Positions 1 through 8,735 are shown, numbered from the stretch's first letter. The stretch: 49,134 nt of DNA from Spirochaetota bacterium (GCA_043803405.1 JAZDKB010000032.1:1-49134); one strand, 5' to 3'. Notes: generated from the letters alone by a model not told the origin. Numbers and translations: made by a program.

Positions 1-108
1 TATCTGGCAATAACAAATATATCCAGAAAATGGACAAGGCCTATTGTCGAATGGGGGCTTGCATTGAATCAGTTTGCTATACATTTTGGAGATAGAGTGA
101 ATATCTAA
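1..108 (+). CDS. IS256-family transposase, C-terminal fragment (5' truncated by window)
   Basis: Frame 1 reads YLAITNISRKWTRPIVEWGLALNQFAIHFGDRVNI*, matching the typical IS256 C-terminus (YLA...KW..P...W..AL.QF.I.F.DR); followed directly by a terminal IR. Confidence 0.9.
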   Translation, partial: YLAITNISRKWTRPIVEWGLALNQFAIHFGDRVNI

Positions 109-139
109 TATCTGTTTACACAAAAAATATTACACTCTC
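1..139 (+). mobile_element. IS256-family element, right end (IRR 112-139)
   Basis: Reverse complement of 112-139 is GAGAGTGTAATATTTTTTGTGTAAACAG, 23/28 identical to the left IR at 48995-49022. Confidence 0.9.
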
Positions 140-140
140 G

Positions 141-537
141 AGGATGCTTCCGTTTTTTGTTGAAACATTAATGCTCTGTCGGAAAACCGATGTGTTCTAA
201 CGGAAAACACATCGGTTCTGGTTAAAACATTTATGCTCTGACAAAGAACACTATGGTTTTGCTGTAAAACATATATGTTTTATCAAAGAACATTATGGTT
301 TTAATGCAGAACATATTGGTCCTGGCCAAAACATATGTATTCTGACAAAGAACATAATGGTTCTGCAATAAAACAATTTGGATTTAGCGGTAATCCATAT
401 GTTTTGCATACAATACATGATCGTTTTGCCGGGAATCATGCTGGTTTTTTAATTAAGCATTTGCGTTTTAGTGGAGAACTGTTAGGTTTTAAAGTAAAGA
501 AGATCGGATTTATAGAGGTGCGAGTTGGGATTAGGTT
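141..537. repeat. Degenerate tandem array, 21-bp period, about 18 units, unit ARAAC-N6-GTTYT-N5
   Basis: The C of the AAC half-site recurs at 166,187,208,228,249,270,291,312,332,353,374,395,416,437,458,479; example unit AGAAC ATAATG GTTCT GCAAT (349-369). Confidence 0.9.
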
Positions 538-639
538 AAGTTTTATTTGTTACGTTTCGTTTATTCAAGGTACATAAATATAAATAGTATTTTAATTCCA
601 AATATCATAATTCGAATTAATAAAACCAGGAGCCATTCA

Positions 640-1419
640 ATGGAAATAAAAAAGTTATTACTTTGCTTGCTACTTTTTTTATTTGTTAGCTGTGTAACTA
701 TAGCTAAAATTCCTTATGAAAAAGATGCCTCAATAATCGGGATGACGGTTTGGCTTGATAAATTTCCTTTTAGCATGTATCCGACTTCAGTTTTTTTTGT
801 AAAAGTAAACGATAATGAAAACTTTTTAAATGGAAATGAAATTATAAAAACCAATTATTCATATGGTGAACGGGTCTATTTATTAAATCCGAAACCTGGA
901 AAATATTATGCAGTGGCAGCATATGAAAAAACAACGAATCAATCCGGTAAAGTGACCATGACTGATTACACGAATTACTATTTCCCTGTCAAATTAATTG
1001 AACTTACTGAAGCAAATATAAAAAATAATGAAGCAGTTTATCTTGGGCATTATACGGTAGATGTTCCATTTAGATGGTCATATAGTGGCATTAATAAACC
1101 GGATGAAGCTCAATTTTATTATTGTAAAAAATTACAACCAAATAAATTAGAATGGACAGCCGAAGGTTGTTGTTTGGAAGGATGTATGGCCTTTATTAGT
1201 AGAAAACGGGAAAGCGCCCTTGCTGTTAATATTAAAGAAATAAAAAAGGATCTTAAATCGGAAAGTATATTTTGGGAAAAGACCAGGCTTTGTTTTGCTG
1301 GAAATTCTAATACAAGTTATGACAAAGAGAGTATAGAAGCAAACAAAGGCTGGATTGAATTGATAGACAGGAAAATCCAGCAATTAAAATCAAAAGAAAA
1401 AAATATTGAATTAAAATAG
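640..1419 (+). CDS. Hypothetical lipoprotein
   Basis: ATG at 640 follows AGGAG; signal peptide MEIKKLLLCLLLFLFVSC ends in a lipobox Cys; upstream TTG at 547 is unlikely. Confidence 0.75.
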   Translation: MEIKKLLLCLLLFLFVSCVTIAKIPYEKDASIIGMTVWLDKFPFSMYPTSVFFVKVNDNENFLNGNEIIKTNYSYGERVYLLNPKPGKYYAVAAYEKTTNQSGKVTMTDYTNYYFPVKLIELTEANIKNNEAVYLGHYTVDVPFRWSYSGINKPDEAQFYYCKKLQPNKLEWTAEGCCLEGCMAFISRKRESALAVNIKEIKKDLKSESIFWEKTRLCFAGNSNTSYDKESIEANKGWIELIDRKIQQLKSKEKNIELK

Positions 1420-1495
1420 CAATTTATAGCTTTAAAAAACACTATCAACAGCTAATGAACATACAATTTTTTTAAATTATTTGATAAGGATATTT

Positions 1496-2437
1496 ATGAC
1501 AAAATTTAAAAAACACGATCACGCAAATAATATACAGGGACAGTTAATCGACATAATAGAAGAACTATGCAGCTTGGAATCGTATAACCTGGCGTATCAC
1601 CAGTCGCGACACGAGTCTCCCATGCCGTCAATAGAAGATCTTGAAGACATTGTAGACATTCTGCGTTCGGTTCTGTTCCCGGGATATTTCGGGGACTCCA
1701 ACGTAAAGCCGGAAACAATGCGCTATTATCTGGGCGCCGCAATAGACAAGATTTTTATCTCATTATCCGAGCAGATAAAAAGAGGGCTCTGTTTCATGTG
1801 CCAGAGGACTGAATCCGAATGCCAGGAATGCGATCAGAGATCGAGGGATATCACGGTTCAATTTTTAAACAGCCTGGGCAAAATACGCCATCTTCTTTCA
1901 ACAGATGTTCAGGCTGCGTTTGAAGGCGACCCTGCGACAGAAACGCCGGGTGAGATAATATTCTGCTATCCGAGCATCCGCGCCCTGATCAATTACAGGA
2001 TAGCGCACGAGCTGTTTAAGCACGAAGTCCCGTTCATACCGAGGATCATCTCGGAAATGGCTCATTCCGCGACCGGCATAGACATTCATCCAGGTGCAGA
2101 GATCGGCGAAAGCTTCTTTATAGATCACGGTACAGGCGTTGTTATAGGCGCTACCTGCATAATAGGCAAAAACGTAAGGCTGTACCAGGGCGTCACACTG
2201 GGCGCAAAGAGCTTCCGCCTTGACAAAGCAGGCAACCCTGTTAAAGGCATACCGCGCCACCCGATTGTTGAGGATGATGTAATAATCTATTCAGGAGCCA
2301 CGTTGCTTGGCAGAATAACGATCGGGAAAGGGGCGGTCATAGGCGGCAATGTGTGGGTGACCGACAGTGTGCCGCCTGCGGGCAGGGTGCTTCAGAGAAA
2401 CGCCGACTTTATGTACGAGGGCGGAGCAGGAATATAA
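1496..2437 (+). CDS. cysE: Serine O-acetyltransferase (CysE/EpsC-like)
   Basis: GDPA..., TGIDIHPGAEIG.SFFIDHGTGVVIG, LYQGVTLGA and RHP hexapeptide-repeat motifs. Confidence 0.92.
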   Translation: MTKFKKHDHANNIQGQLIDIIEELCSLESYNLAYHQSRHESPMPSIEDLEDIVDILRSVLFPGYFGDSNVKPETMRYYLGAAIDKIFISLSEQIKRGLCFMCQRTESECQECDQRSRDITVQFLNSLGKIRHLLSTDVQAAFEGDPATETPGEIIFCYPSIRALINYRIAHELFKHEVPFIPRIISEMAHSATGIDIHPGAEIGESFFIDHGTGVVIGATCIIGKNVRLYQGVTLGAKSFRLDKAGNPVKGIPRHPIVEDDVIIYSGATLLGRITIGKGAVIGGNVWVTDSVPPAGRVLQRNADFMYEGGAGI

Positions 2438-2502
2438 CCTCACCCTCCTAACCCCGTGCGAAGCCTCCTTTAGGACTCTCCCAAAGAGAGAGGGAGGAAT
2501 TC
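2436..2502. repeat. REP-like palindromic element (CCTCACCC...CTCTCCCAAAG..GAGGGAGGAATTC)
   Basis: Shares TCTCCCAAAG..AGRGAGGAATTC-like sequence with the reverse complement of 15518-15543. Confidence 0.55.
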
Positions 2503-2519
2503 CCGTTTCAGTAGGAAGT

Positions 2520-2572
2520 AAAGTAGCAAGCAGGGACGTGTTTCTCACCCGCACCTGCAAGTTACTTTTTTC
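2520..2572. terminator. Stem-loop between convergent cysE and the DUF6873-like gene
   Basis: AAAGTAGC..GCAGG pairs with CCTGC..GTTACTTT, followed by a T-run. Confidence 0.5.
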
Positions 2573-2595
2573 TTTAAAATAATCAGGCAAGCGTT

Positions 2596-3288
2596 TCATT
2601 CTATGAAGAGCAGGCTCCCGCAGTCAAACAGAGGCCCGTTGTACAGCTCAACAATATCGTATTTAAGCGAACGCAAAAATTCTGAAACCTGCTTCCCATA
2701 CGGGTAATGGCTCAGGCTGCCTGAGATAAATACAGTATCCCCAAGCACGCCGCACGCGCCGCCGAAAAAGCCGTGGCCGAATCCCGGGAGCAAAATGCCG
2801 TCCGGCTTTACGTAAAGCGCGTTAAGCTCCCTGCCGAGAAGAGTCCTGTATATGCCGGTGTCCGACGTAATAAAGCCGCTGTCCTTAAGCGGAAAAAGAT
2901 TGCACCGCGTGTAACCCTGCTGCACAGAAAGCTTTTCCAGACCGCTGCACGCGTCCAGTATAGCAGTATCAGTAATGCCTGTCCTGTGTATCAGGAAGCT
3001 TTCTGTAACCGCGGCATTGTACGCAGCGCTCGCGGGATACGCGCTCCCGACAGGACTAACTCCCAGCCTATATGCGACCTTCTTCCTGTCCAGCATTCTC
3101 AGGTATTCCTCAGGTACATTGGGCGCGGCAATAATGATGCTCTTCGTTTTGCAGAAAAAAATATCCGGGTGCCCGGATATTGCTTCGTAGGTAATGCCGC
3201 TTATGCCTAGCTCCACTAAGTCCGCAAAGCGCGACAGCGTCTCCTTTGCTTCATCAGGCAGGCGTTTATCACATACACACAGAAGCAT
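2596..3288 (-). CDS. DUF6873-like (GME/amidinotransferase-fold) protein
   Basis: DKR.P, YEAISGHPDIF, QGYTRC, GFFGGACG and LFDCGSL motifs; overlaps the upstream radical SAM gene. Confidence 0.7.
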   Translation of the reverse strand: MLLCVCDKRLPDEAKETLSRFADLVELGISGITYEAISGHPDIFFCKTKSIIIAAPNVPEEYLRMLDRKKVAYRLGVSPVGSAYPASAAYNAAVTESFLIHRTGITDTAILDACSGLEKLSVQQGYTRCNLFPLKDSGFITSDTGIYRTLLGRELNALYVKPDGILLPGFGHGFFGGACGVLGDTVFISGSLSHYPYGKQVSEFLRSLKYDIVELYNGPLFDCGSLLFIE

Positions 3289-4276
3289 AATTCCTGCCTT
3301 TTACCGACCGCTCATTTATAAAAATGACCTTCCTGAATTTTTCCATAAGCATTTTTTTATTGCCCGCGCCGTAGCCGACAGCGTAATTATATTCCGCAGG
3401 ATTAACGTAAACAGCGAGCTCATCATGCTCAGGCACACGAAGCAATCGCCCCAGCAGATTTTTCCAGATTCTCGTGAGCACAAGTTCCCTGAACGACCGG
3501 TGAAACGGTCCGGCAACAAGCGCGTCGCCCGAGAGCAGCCCCTCGCTCGGGTGCAGCCCCATCCGTATAACATTGATCCCGCGCTCTTCAAAAATCTGTA
3601 AGATAATTACAGCCTGCTCTACAGCTTCATCAAGCGTAAGCGGCGCGTATTTCTTTTCCAGATACATTCTTTCCAGTGCGGTTCCCTTAATTACGAGAGC
3701 CGGATACAAGCGCGCTGTGTCCGCTCCCAGAGAAGCAAGAGCGCGCGCTGTTGCTTCTGCTTTCGCAGGAGTGTCGCCGGGGAGCCCTGTCATCATCTGC
3801 AGGCCAAGCGATATCTCCGCTCTTTTTATTATCGCTGATGCCCTCACAACATCTTCCGCAGTATGCCCCCTAGCCGACAGTCTCAGTACTTCGTCGTCCA
3901 TTGACTGCGCACCCAGCTCTATCGCAGTCACGCCGTACTGCTTCAAAAGAGCAACCGCATCTTCGCTTATGTAATCGGGACGCGTCGACAGCCTGATCCC
4001 GCTGACTCTTCCGTTTTTAACATACCTGTAAGCAATATCCAGATATCTTCTTTGCTCTTCAACAGGAATGCCTGTAAAGCTCCCGCCGAAAAAAGCGATC
4101 TCAATTTTGCTGCCTTTTCGCATAGTAGAAAGATGCTTCTCGATTATGTCAACGACCTGTTCCGAATTCGGATCAGCCTGCGCGCCGGATATATTTTTCT
4201 GGTTACAGAAAACGCATTGATGCGGGCACCCCATGTCAGGAAAAAAGATCGGGATATTGTAATGTCTGCTTTGCAT
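3269..4276 (-). CDS. Elp3-like radical SAM protein (no GNAT domain)
   Basis: YNIPIFFPDMGCPHQCVFCNQ (CxxxCxxC), FFGGSFTG, RLSTRPD, ELGAQS, GPFH; likely start MQSRH at 4276. Confidence 0.88.
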   Translation of the reverse strand: MQSRHYNIPIFFPDMGCPHQCVFCNQKNISGAQADPNSEQVVDIIEKHLSTMRKGSKIEIAFFGGSFTGIPVEEQRRYLDIAYRYVKNGRVSGIRLSTRPDYISEDAVALLKQYGVTAIELGAQSMDDEVLRLSARGHTAEDVVRASAIIKRAEISLGLQMMTGLPGDTPAKAEATARALASLGADTARLYPALVIKGTALERMYLEKKYAPLTLDEAVEQAVIILQIFEERGINVIRMGLHPSEGLLSGDALVAGPFHRSFRELVLTRIWKNLLGRLLRVPEHDELAVYVNPAEYNYAVGYGAGNKKMLMEKFRKVIFINERSVKGRNYASVCM

Positions 4277-4454
4277 GATTATTTTAAAATTCTTGAAATC
4301 ACTGTTTACTGAGCATAAAAGATACTGGACATTGCTGTCAATAATATCCTGATATAATATAAAGTGCAATTACACATTTGACTTTGATATTTAAAAGCGT
4401 AAAAACAATAAAATACATACAAAAATAATTCCTAAACCTTAAAACGTGATTATT

Positions 4455-4556
4455 AAGGAATGTAGCTGACTCAAAAGAATGCCACAGAGGCACAGAGTTT
4501 AATAATTATTTAAGCCTCTGTGCCTTTGTGGTAAAATTTTTAGTTCGGAACATCCT
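4455..4556. repeat. Long palindromic REP/MITE-like element
   Basis: GCCACAGAGGCACAGAG (4481-4497) pairs with CTCTGTGCCTTTGTGGT (4516-4532); weaker outer arms. Confidence 0.7.
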
Positions 4557-4653
4557 CATGCCTTCTAAATATTCACATTTAACGTTTAGAAATATCCTTA
4601 CATTCACACTTTTTAAAAATGACGGTGTAATAGTATTATGAGATAAAAAGTAA

Positions 4654-4679
4654 TTGATATTATATTAAGAAATAATATC
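4654..4679 (+). promoter_or_regulatory. Putative TA operator palindrome overlapping a -35-like TTGATA
   Basis: Perfect inverted repeat GATATTAT-N8-ATAATATC about 40 bp upstream of brnT. Confidence 0.5.
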
Positions 4680-4719
4680 TTATTTATAGCAAATTAATTC
4701 CTGTGTTTTAGAGGATCAA

Positions 4720-4998
4720 GTGGAAATTATATTTGAATGGGATGAAGACAAAGCAACGATGAATCTAATAAAACACAAAGTAAGTTTTAATGAAGGTAAA
4801 ACTATTTTCAATGACCCATTTTTAATTACGTTCCCGGATAATACCGGTTATGAATTTGAAGAACGATTTATTAATATAGGACTTTCGGCAAAGGGCAAAG
4901 TTCTGGTTTTAATTCATACCGAAAGACAAGGAAGAATACGTATAATAAGCTGCAGAAAAGTTACAGCACATGAAAGGAAATACTATGAAGAAGAATAA
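4720..4998 (+). CDS. brnT: BrnT family ribonuclease toxin (DUF497)
   Basis: FEWDEDK...NLIKHKVSF, EERF..IG, RIRIISCRK.T..ERK.Y. Confidence 0.92.
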   Translation: MEIIFEWDEDKATMNLIKHKVSFNEGKTIFNDPFLITFPDNTGYEFEERFINIGLSAKGKVLVLIHTERQGRIRIISCRKVTAHERKYYEEE

Positions 4999-5281
4999 AT
5001 CCTCTGATTCATTAAAAATAGAAGAGATGAAACCCGAATATAACTTCTCCAAAATGAAAGGTGCTGTGCGGGGCAAATATTATAAATCATACAGAGATGG
5101 ACATAAGGTTGTGATCCGTAAAACAGACGGGACTGAATCTGTTCAATATTTTAAACTTGAGGACGGTTCAGTTATGCTTGAGCCGGACGTAAGAGATTAT
5201 TTCCCTGATTCAGAATCTGTTAACAAAGCTCTCAGGTCGCTGATTGAAATAATACCGCAAAAAAGAAATCACAGAAAATAA
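4985..5281 (+). CDS. Cognate antitoxin, BrnA-like
   Basis: Overlaps the brnT end; EMKPEYNFS..GAVRGKYY and LEPDV...FPDSESVNKALRSLI motifs typical of BrnT partners. Confidence 0.78.
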   Translation: MKKNKSSDSLKIEEMKPEYNFSKMKGAVRGKYYKSYRDGHKVVIRKTDGTESVQYFKLEDGSVMLEPDVRDYFPDSESVNKALRSLIEIIPQKRNHRK

Positions 5282-5411
5282 AATTTCCCAGTGCTTTCGC
5301 ACCGGTTTCCGCCTTCGGCGTAAATAGGGTATTTTTTTTTAGGACGTTGAAGTAAATTTTTTACCTTAGACGCTTTATTTCAGCCTGACTATAAAGGAAC
5401 AATAAACAGAT

Positions 5412-5603
5412 ATGGACGGAAATAGCAGAAAAGATATTAAGCCAGGAATTAAAGTAGCAATAGTTTTAAAACAGGACCAGAGAACCGGCAAACTGACCGA
5501 AGGAATTGTAAAGGACATCTTAACAAACAGCCCTAATCATCCTCACGGTATAAAGGTGAGATTATCCGGCGGCGAAGTAGGCAGGGTTAAAAAAATATAT
5601 TAA
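5412..5603 (+). CDS. ywbE: YwbE family protein (DUF2196)
   Basis: IVLKQDQRTGKLTEGIVKDILTNSPNHPHGIKVRL..G.VGRV. Confidence 0.92.
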   Translation: MDGNSRKDIKPGIKVAIVLKQDQRTGKLTEGIVKDILTNSPNHPHGIKVRLSGGEVGRVKKIY

Positions 5604-5633
5604 AAAGCCCTGCCTTCCAAAGACAGGGCTTTT
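5603..5633. terminator. Bidirectional intrinsic terminator
   Basis: AAAAGCCCTG...CAGGGCTTTT between convergent genes. Confidence 0.8.
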
Positions 5634-5638
5634 ATGTG

Positions 5639-6568
5639 TTAAGCCTGATTTATGGCTGAAAGCATCCACTTCTTAGCACGCGAAGGCCGGGTGAAAGTCC
5701 AGTATTCCTCAAATTTAACAGGCTCTGTTTTGCTTCCGCTTATAACATTGCCGCTTTTATCATCAACTGTGTAATCCAGAATGTTCGCATATATTAGAGT
5801 GGTGATATAATCCTGTCCGTTATCCTGCCACGCTTCGGTTAAATCAACAGTACGCACTGCAATGTTTTCCAGACGGTTGACCCTGTTCCCGCCAAGCATC
5901 TCATCAATATCACCCTGAAACTGTTCTTTCATTTCATCGGAAAGGATCTGATTAACGGTCGATAGATCGCGGTTCATCCAGGCGGCCTGAATTTTAAAAA
6001 ACATGTCCATTACATTATCTTTAAAACGGACCTCGTCAAAGGACGGATCGCTCATCTTTATATCGGAAAGATCGGATTCGCGGGTTTGCGGCGCATCCTG
6101 ACTCGCTCCGAATAATCCGCCTCCGGCTAATGGGGATCCACCGGAGCCTTCCTTGCGTCTTTTATACATTCTGTACAGCAATAATCCTAGGCCGCCAATG
6201 ACCAGTATTTCGATCAGTCCAATGCCACCACCGCCGCCGCCTTCGCCACCCCAGCCTGTACCGCCATAGCCAAGCCCGCGGAACAGCATGCTTCCGAGAA
6301 AACCGCCCGCCATGCCCATGCCAAGGCTTCTTAAAAATCCACCGCCGGCAGGCTGAGAGTAAGGCGTAGATGGCTGCGTAGCATTGCGTGCAGGCTGCGT
6401 GCTGCGGCTCATCGAAGAGCTCGGGCTTGAAAAAGAGCGCGAACCTCTGCTGCCGAAGGAGCGGCCGCCCCCTGCCCTTGCATAAGCGAACTGCTCGGTA
6501 ACAATCATAGTAATAAAAACTAGCGCAGCAATCGCAGCGCTTACCTTAAATATTTTCTTTAACATCAA
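5639..6568 (-). CDS. Tim44 domain-containing protein
   Basis: Signal peptide, ARAGGGRSFGSRGSRS, Gly-rich linker, FFKIQAAW..RDL, FEEYWTFTR, W.LSAINQ. Confidence 0.88.
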   Translation of the reverse strand: MMLKKIFKVSAAIAALVFITMIVTEQFAYARAGGGRSFGSRGSRSFSSPSSSMSRSTQPARNATQPSTPYSQPAGGGFLRSLGMGMAGGFLGSMLFRGLGYGGTGWGGEGGGGGGIGLIEILVIGGLGLLLYRMYKRRKEGSGGSPLAGGGLFGASQDAPQTRESDLSDIKMSDPSFDEVRFKDNVMDMFFKIQAAWMNRDLSTVNQILSDEMKEQFQGDIDEMLGGNRVNRLENIAVRTVDLTEAWQDNGQDYITTLIYANILDYTVDDKSGNVISGSKTEPVKFEEYWTFTRPSRAKKWMLSAINQA

Positions 6569-6709
6569 TATTTTCCTCTTTAAAATAAATTTTCTATTGC
6601 ATAATACTGCAATTTAAGCCTTTTTATTAAATATATTTTAAGTTAGCAAGTCAATTATCCGACTTAACCGAATTTTTATAAGATTACATGTTAACATAAA
6701 ATTATGACT

Positions 6710-8461
6710 TTATGCCTCTTTATTCCTTTTTAATCTTACGCTTAACAGGCTAAAAAGAGATATCGCGACAACAAGCAAAATAAAGCCCGTAATATATTCT
6801 TTGAAAATAATTTTACCTATGGCAAAAAGCGACGAATAAATAAGCGCAATCCCGATCATCCAGTCAATTAATAGATATGATATTGAACCCGACTTTTCAG
6901 TTATTAAAGCAGCGGATTTAACATTTTCCCATCCTGCACCACCAGGGTGAACCCTTTTGTAAAATTTTATAAGATGATCCATCTCCGCAGGTTTTGTAAT
7001 AAAAGTCGCTGTTATCCATGCTATAGTAGTGAATACAACAATTATAAACAGACTATCAGGGAAATCTATATGAAATATAAATTTTATGATAGTATACGCA
7101 ACAAAAGGAGCTATCATAGCAACGATCTCGGACCATGCGTTTATTCTCCACCAGTACCATCTTAAAATAAGCACAAGGCCAAGTCCTGCGCCGCATTCAA
7201 TAATAAAAGCCCAGGCGCCCGAAATGGAATTTATAACAAGAACAAGCATGCTGGAGACGGCCACAAGCACGAGTGTAATGATCCTGGAAACAACAACATA
7301 ATGTTTTTCCTCGGCGCCGGGTTTTATAAATCTCCTGTAAAGATCGTTAAGAATATACGAGCTGCCCCAGTTCAAATGTGTCGAAATAGTCGACATGTAC
7401 GCAGCAAGGAAAGCAGCGATCAGAAGGCCGAGAATTCCCGCAGGAAGAAAGTCCTTCATTGCCATAACATAGCCGGATTTTTTCGCGTCCGGAGGCAGGT
7501 CAGGGTACAGGACGAGCGAACACAACGCAACAATGATCCACGGCCACGGCCGCAGGGCATAGTGCGCGATCGTAAACCACAAAGTTGCGAGAAGCGAATG
7601 CCGCTCGTCTTTCGAGGACATCATTCTCTGCGCAACATAGCCCCCGCCGCCTGGTTCAGCGCCCGGGTACCACGAAGCCCACCACTGAACAAATATATGA
7701 GCAAGAAACGCGCTGAACGAGAGCGCCATAATGCCGCCTGCAATGTGCCCTGCGCCGAAATTTAGTTCCGGAAAAAAACTGAAAACATGCTCCGGCAGTT
7801 TGCTTTTGAGTCCTTCTATGCCCCCTATTTGCGGAAGATTAATTATTATTACAGCCAGTACAATACATCCGGCCATAGCCATTATAAACTGAAAGAAATC
7901 GGTTATTACAACGCCCCATAACCCGGATAAAGCTGAATACAGGCCGGTTATCAGCATACATAAAATCACAAATAAAATTACATACCCTTCGCTTAAACCG
8001 AATATCGTTTTTAATATTTCTGCGAGCGCCACGTTGACCCAGCCCATTATTACGCAGTTCATAAACAGACCGAGATATACCGCCTTGAAGCCCCGCAGGA
8101 AAGCGGCAGGTTTCCCGGAGTAGCGGATCTCGATAAATTCCACGTCGGTCATTATGTCCGCCCTTCGCCAGAGCTTCGCGAAAAAGAATACTGTCAGCAC
8201 ACTGCCTGCAACCATGTTCCACCACAGCCAGTTGCCTGCAATGCCTCTCTGCGCTACAAGCTCGGTTACAGCAAGCGGGGTATCCGCGGAAAAAGTGGTA
8301 GCCACCATTGCGGTGCCCGCAAGCCACCACGGCAGCTTTCTGCCGGAAAGAAAAAATTCGCTGGTGTTTTTGCCTGCCCGTTTTGAAAAATACACAGCAA
8401 TTGCGAAACTCGCAACAAAATATAAAAGTATAATAATAACATCAATAGTATTAAGCGGCAT
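6710..8461 (-). CDS. Sodium:solute symporter family protein
   Basis: FFLSGRKLPWW, MVATTFSADTPL, GGGGYVAQRM; many TM helices; ATG at 8461 follows GGAGG. Confidence 0.9.
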   Translation of the reverse strand: MPLNTIDVIIILLYFVASFAIAVYFSKRAGKNTSEFFLSGRKLPWWLAGTAMVATTFSADTPLAVTELVAQRGIAGNWLWWNMVAGSVLTVFFFAKLWRRADIMTDVEFIEIRYSGKPAAFLRGFKAVYLGLFMNCVIMGWVNVALAEILKTIFGLSEGYVILFVILCMLITGLYSALSGLWGVVITDFFQFIMAMAGCIVLAVIIINLPQIGGIEGLKSKLPEHVFSFFPELNFGAGHIAGGIMALSFSAFLAHIFVQWWASWYPGAEPGGGGYVAQRMMSSKDERHSLLATLWFTIAHYALRPWPWIIVALCSLVLYPDLPPDAKKSGYVMAMKDFLPAGILGLLIAAFLAAYMSTISTHLNWGSSYILNDLYRRFIKPGAEEKHYVVVSRIITLVLVAVSSMLVLVINSISGAWAFIIECGAGLGLVLILRWYWWRINAWSEIVAMIAPFVAYTIIKFIFHIDFPDSLFIIVVFTTIAWITATFITKPAEMDHLIKFYKRVHPGGAGWENVKSAALITEKSGSISYLLIDWMIGIALIYSSLFAIGKIIFKEYITGFILLVVAISLFSLLSVRLKRNKEA

Positions 8462-8735
8462 AGATTTAGTTATCCTCCAAAAATTAGCATCTGAACGAAC
8501 TTCGCTACGACAGATTGTATGTGTTCTCTCCGGCTCCGAATAAAGGCTTATCGTGCCTGCGCCTGTATTCGCTGCCACTCTTTGACAATTTGCCTCAAGA
8601 ATCCTGATATTAAATGGATATATCAAGAAATAATTTACCGTACTTAGATGATTTTTAGCTACTCTGCGTTTATAGTGGAATCAATCGGAAATTAAATCTT
8701 GAAAATTATTTAATTTAATGCTATAATCACATACA

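Noticed and set aside
141..537. CRISPR array
   Set aside because: Period is only 21 bp, the conserved parts are 5-bp degenerate half-sites, spacers are 5-6 nt, and there are no cas genes in the window.
335..577. 80-aa ORF as a real gene
   Set aside because: Lies within the repeat array with no clear RBS; upstream units shift frame; most likely a by-product of the 21-bp period.
8462..8626. 55-aa N-terminal extension of the symporter
   Set aside because: A strong GGAGG precedes ATG 8461 and the extension does not resemble SSS N-termini.
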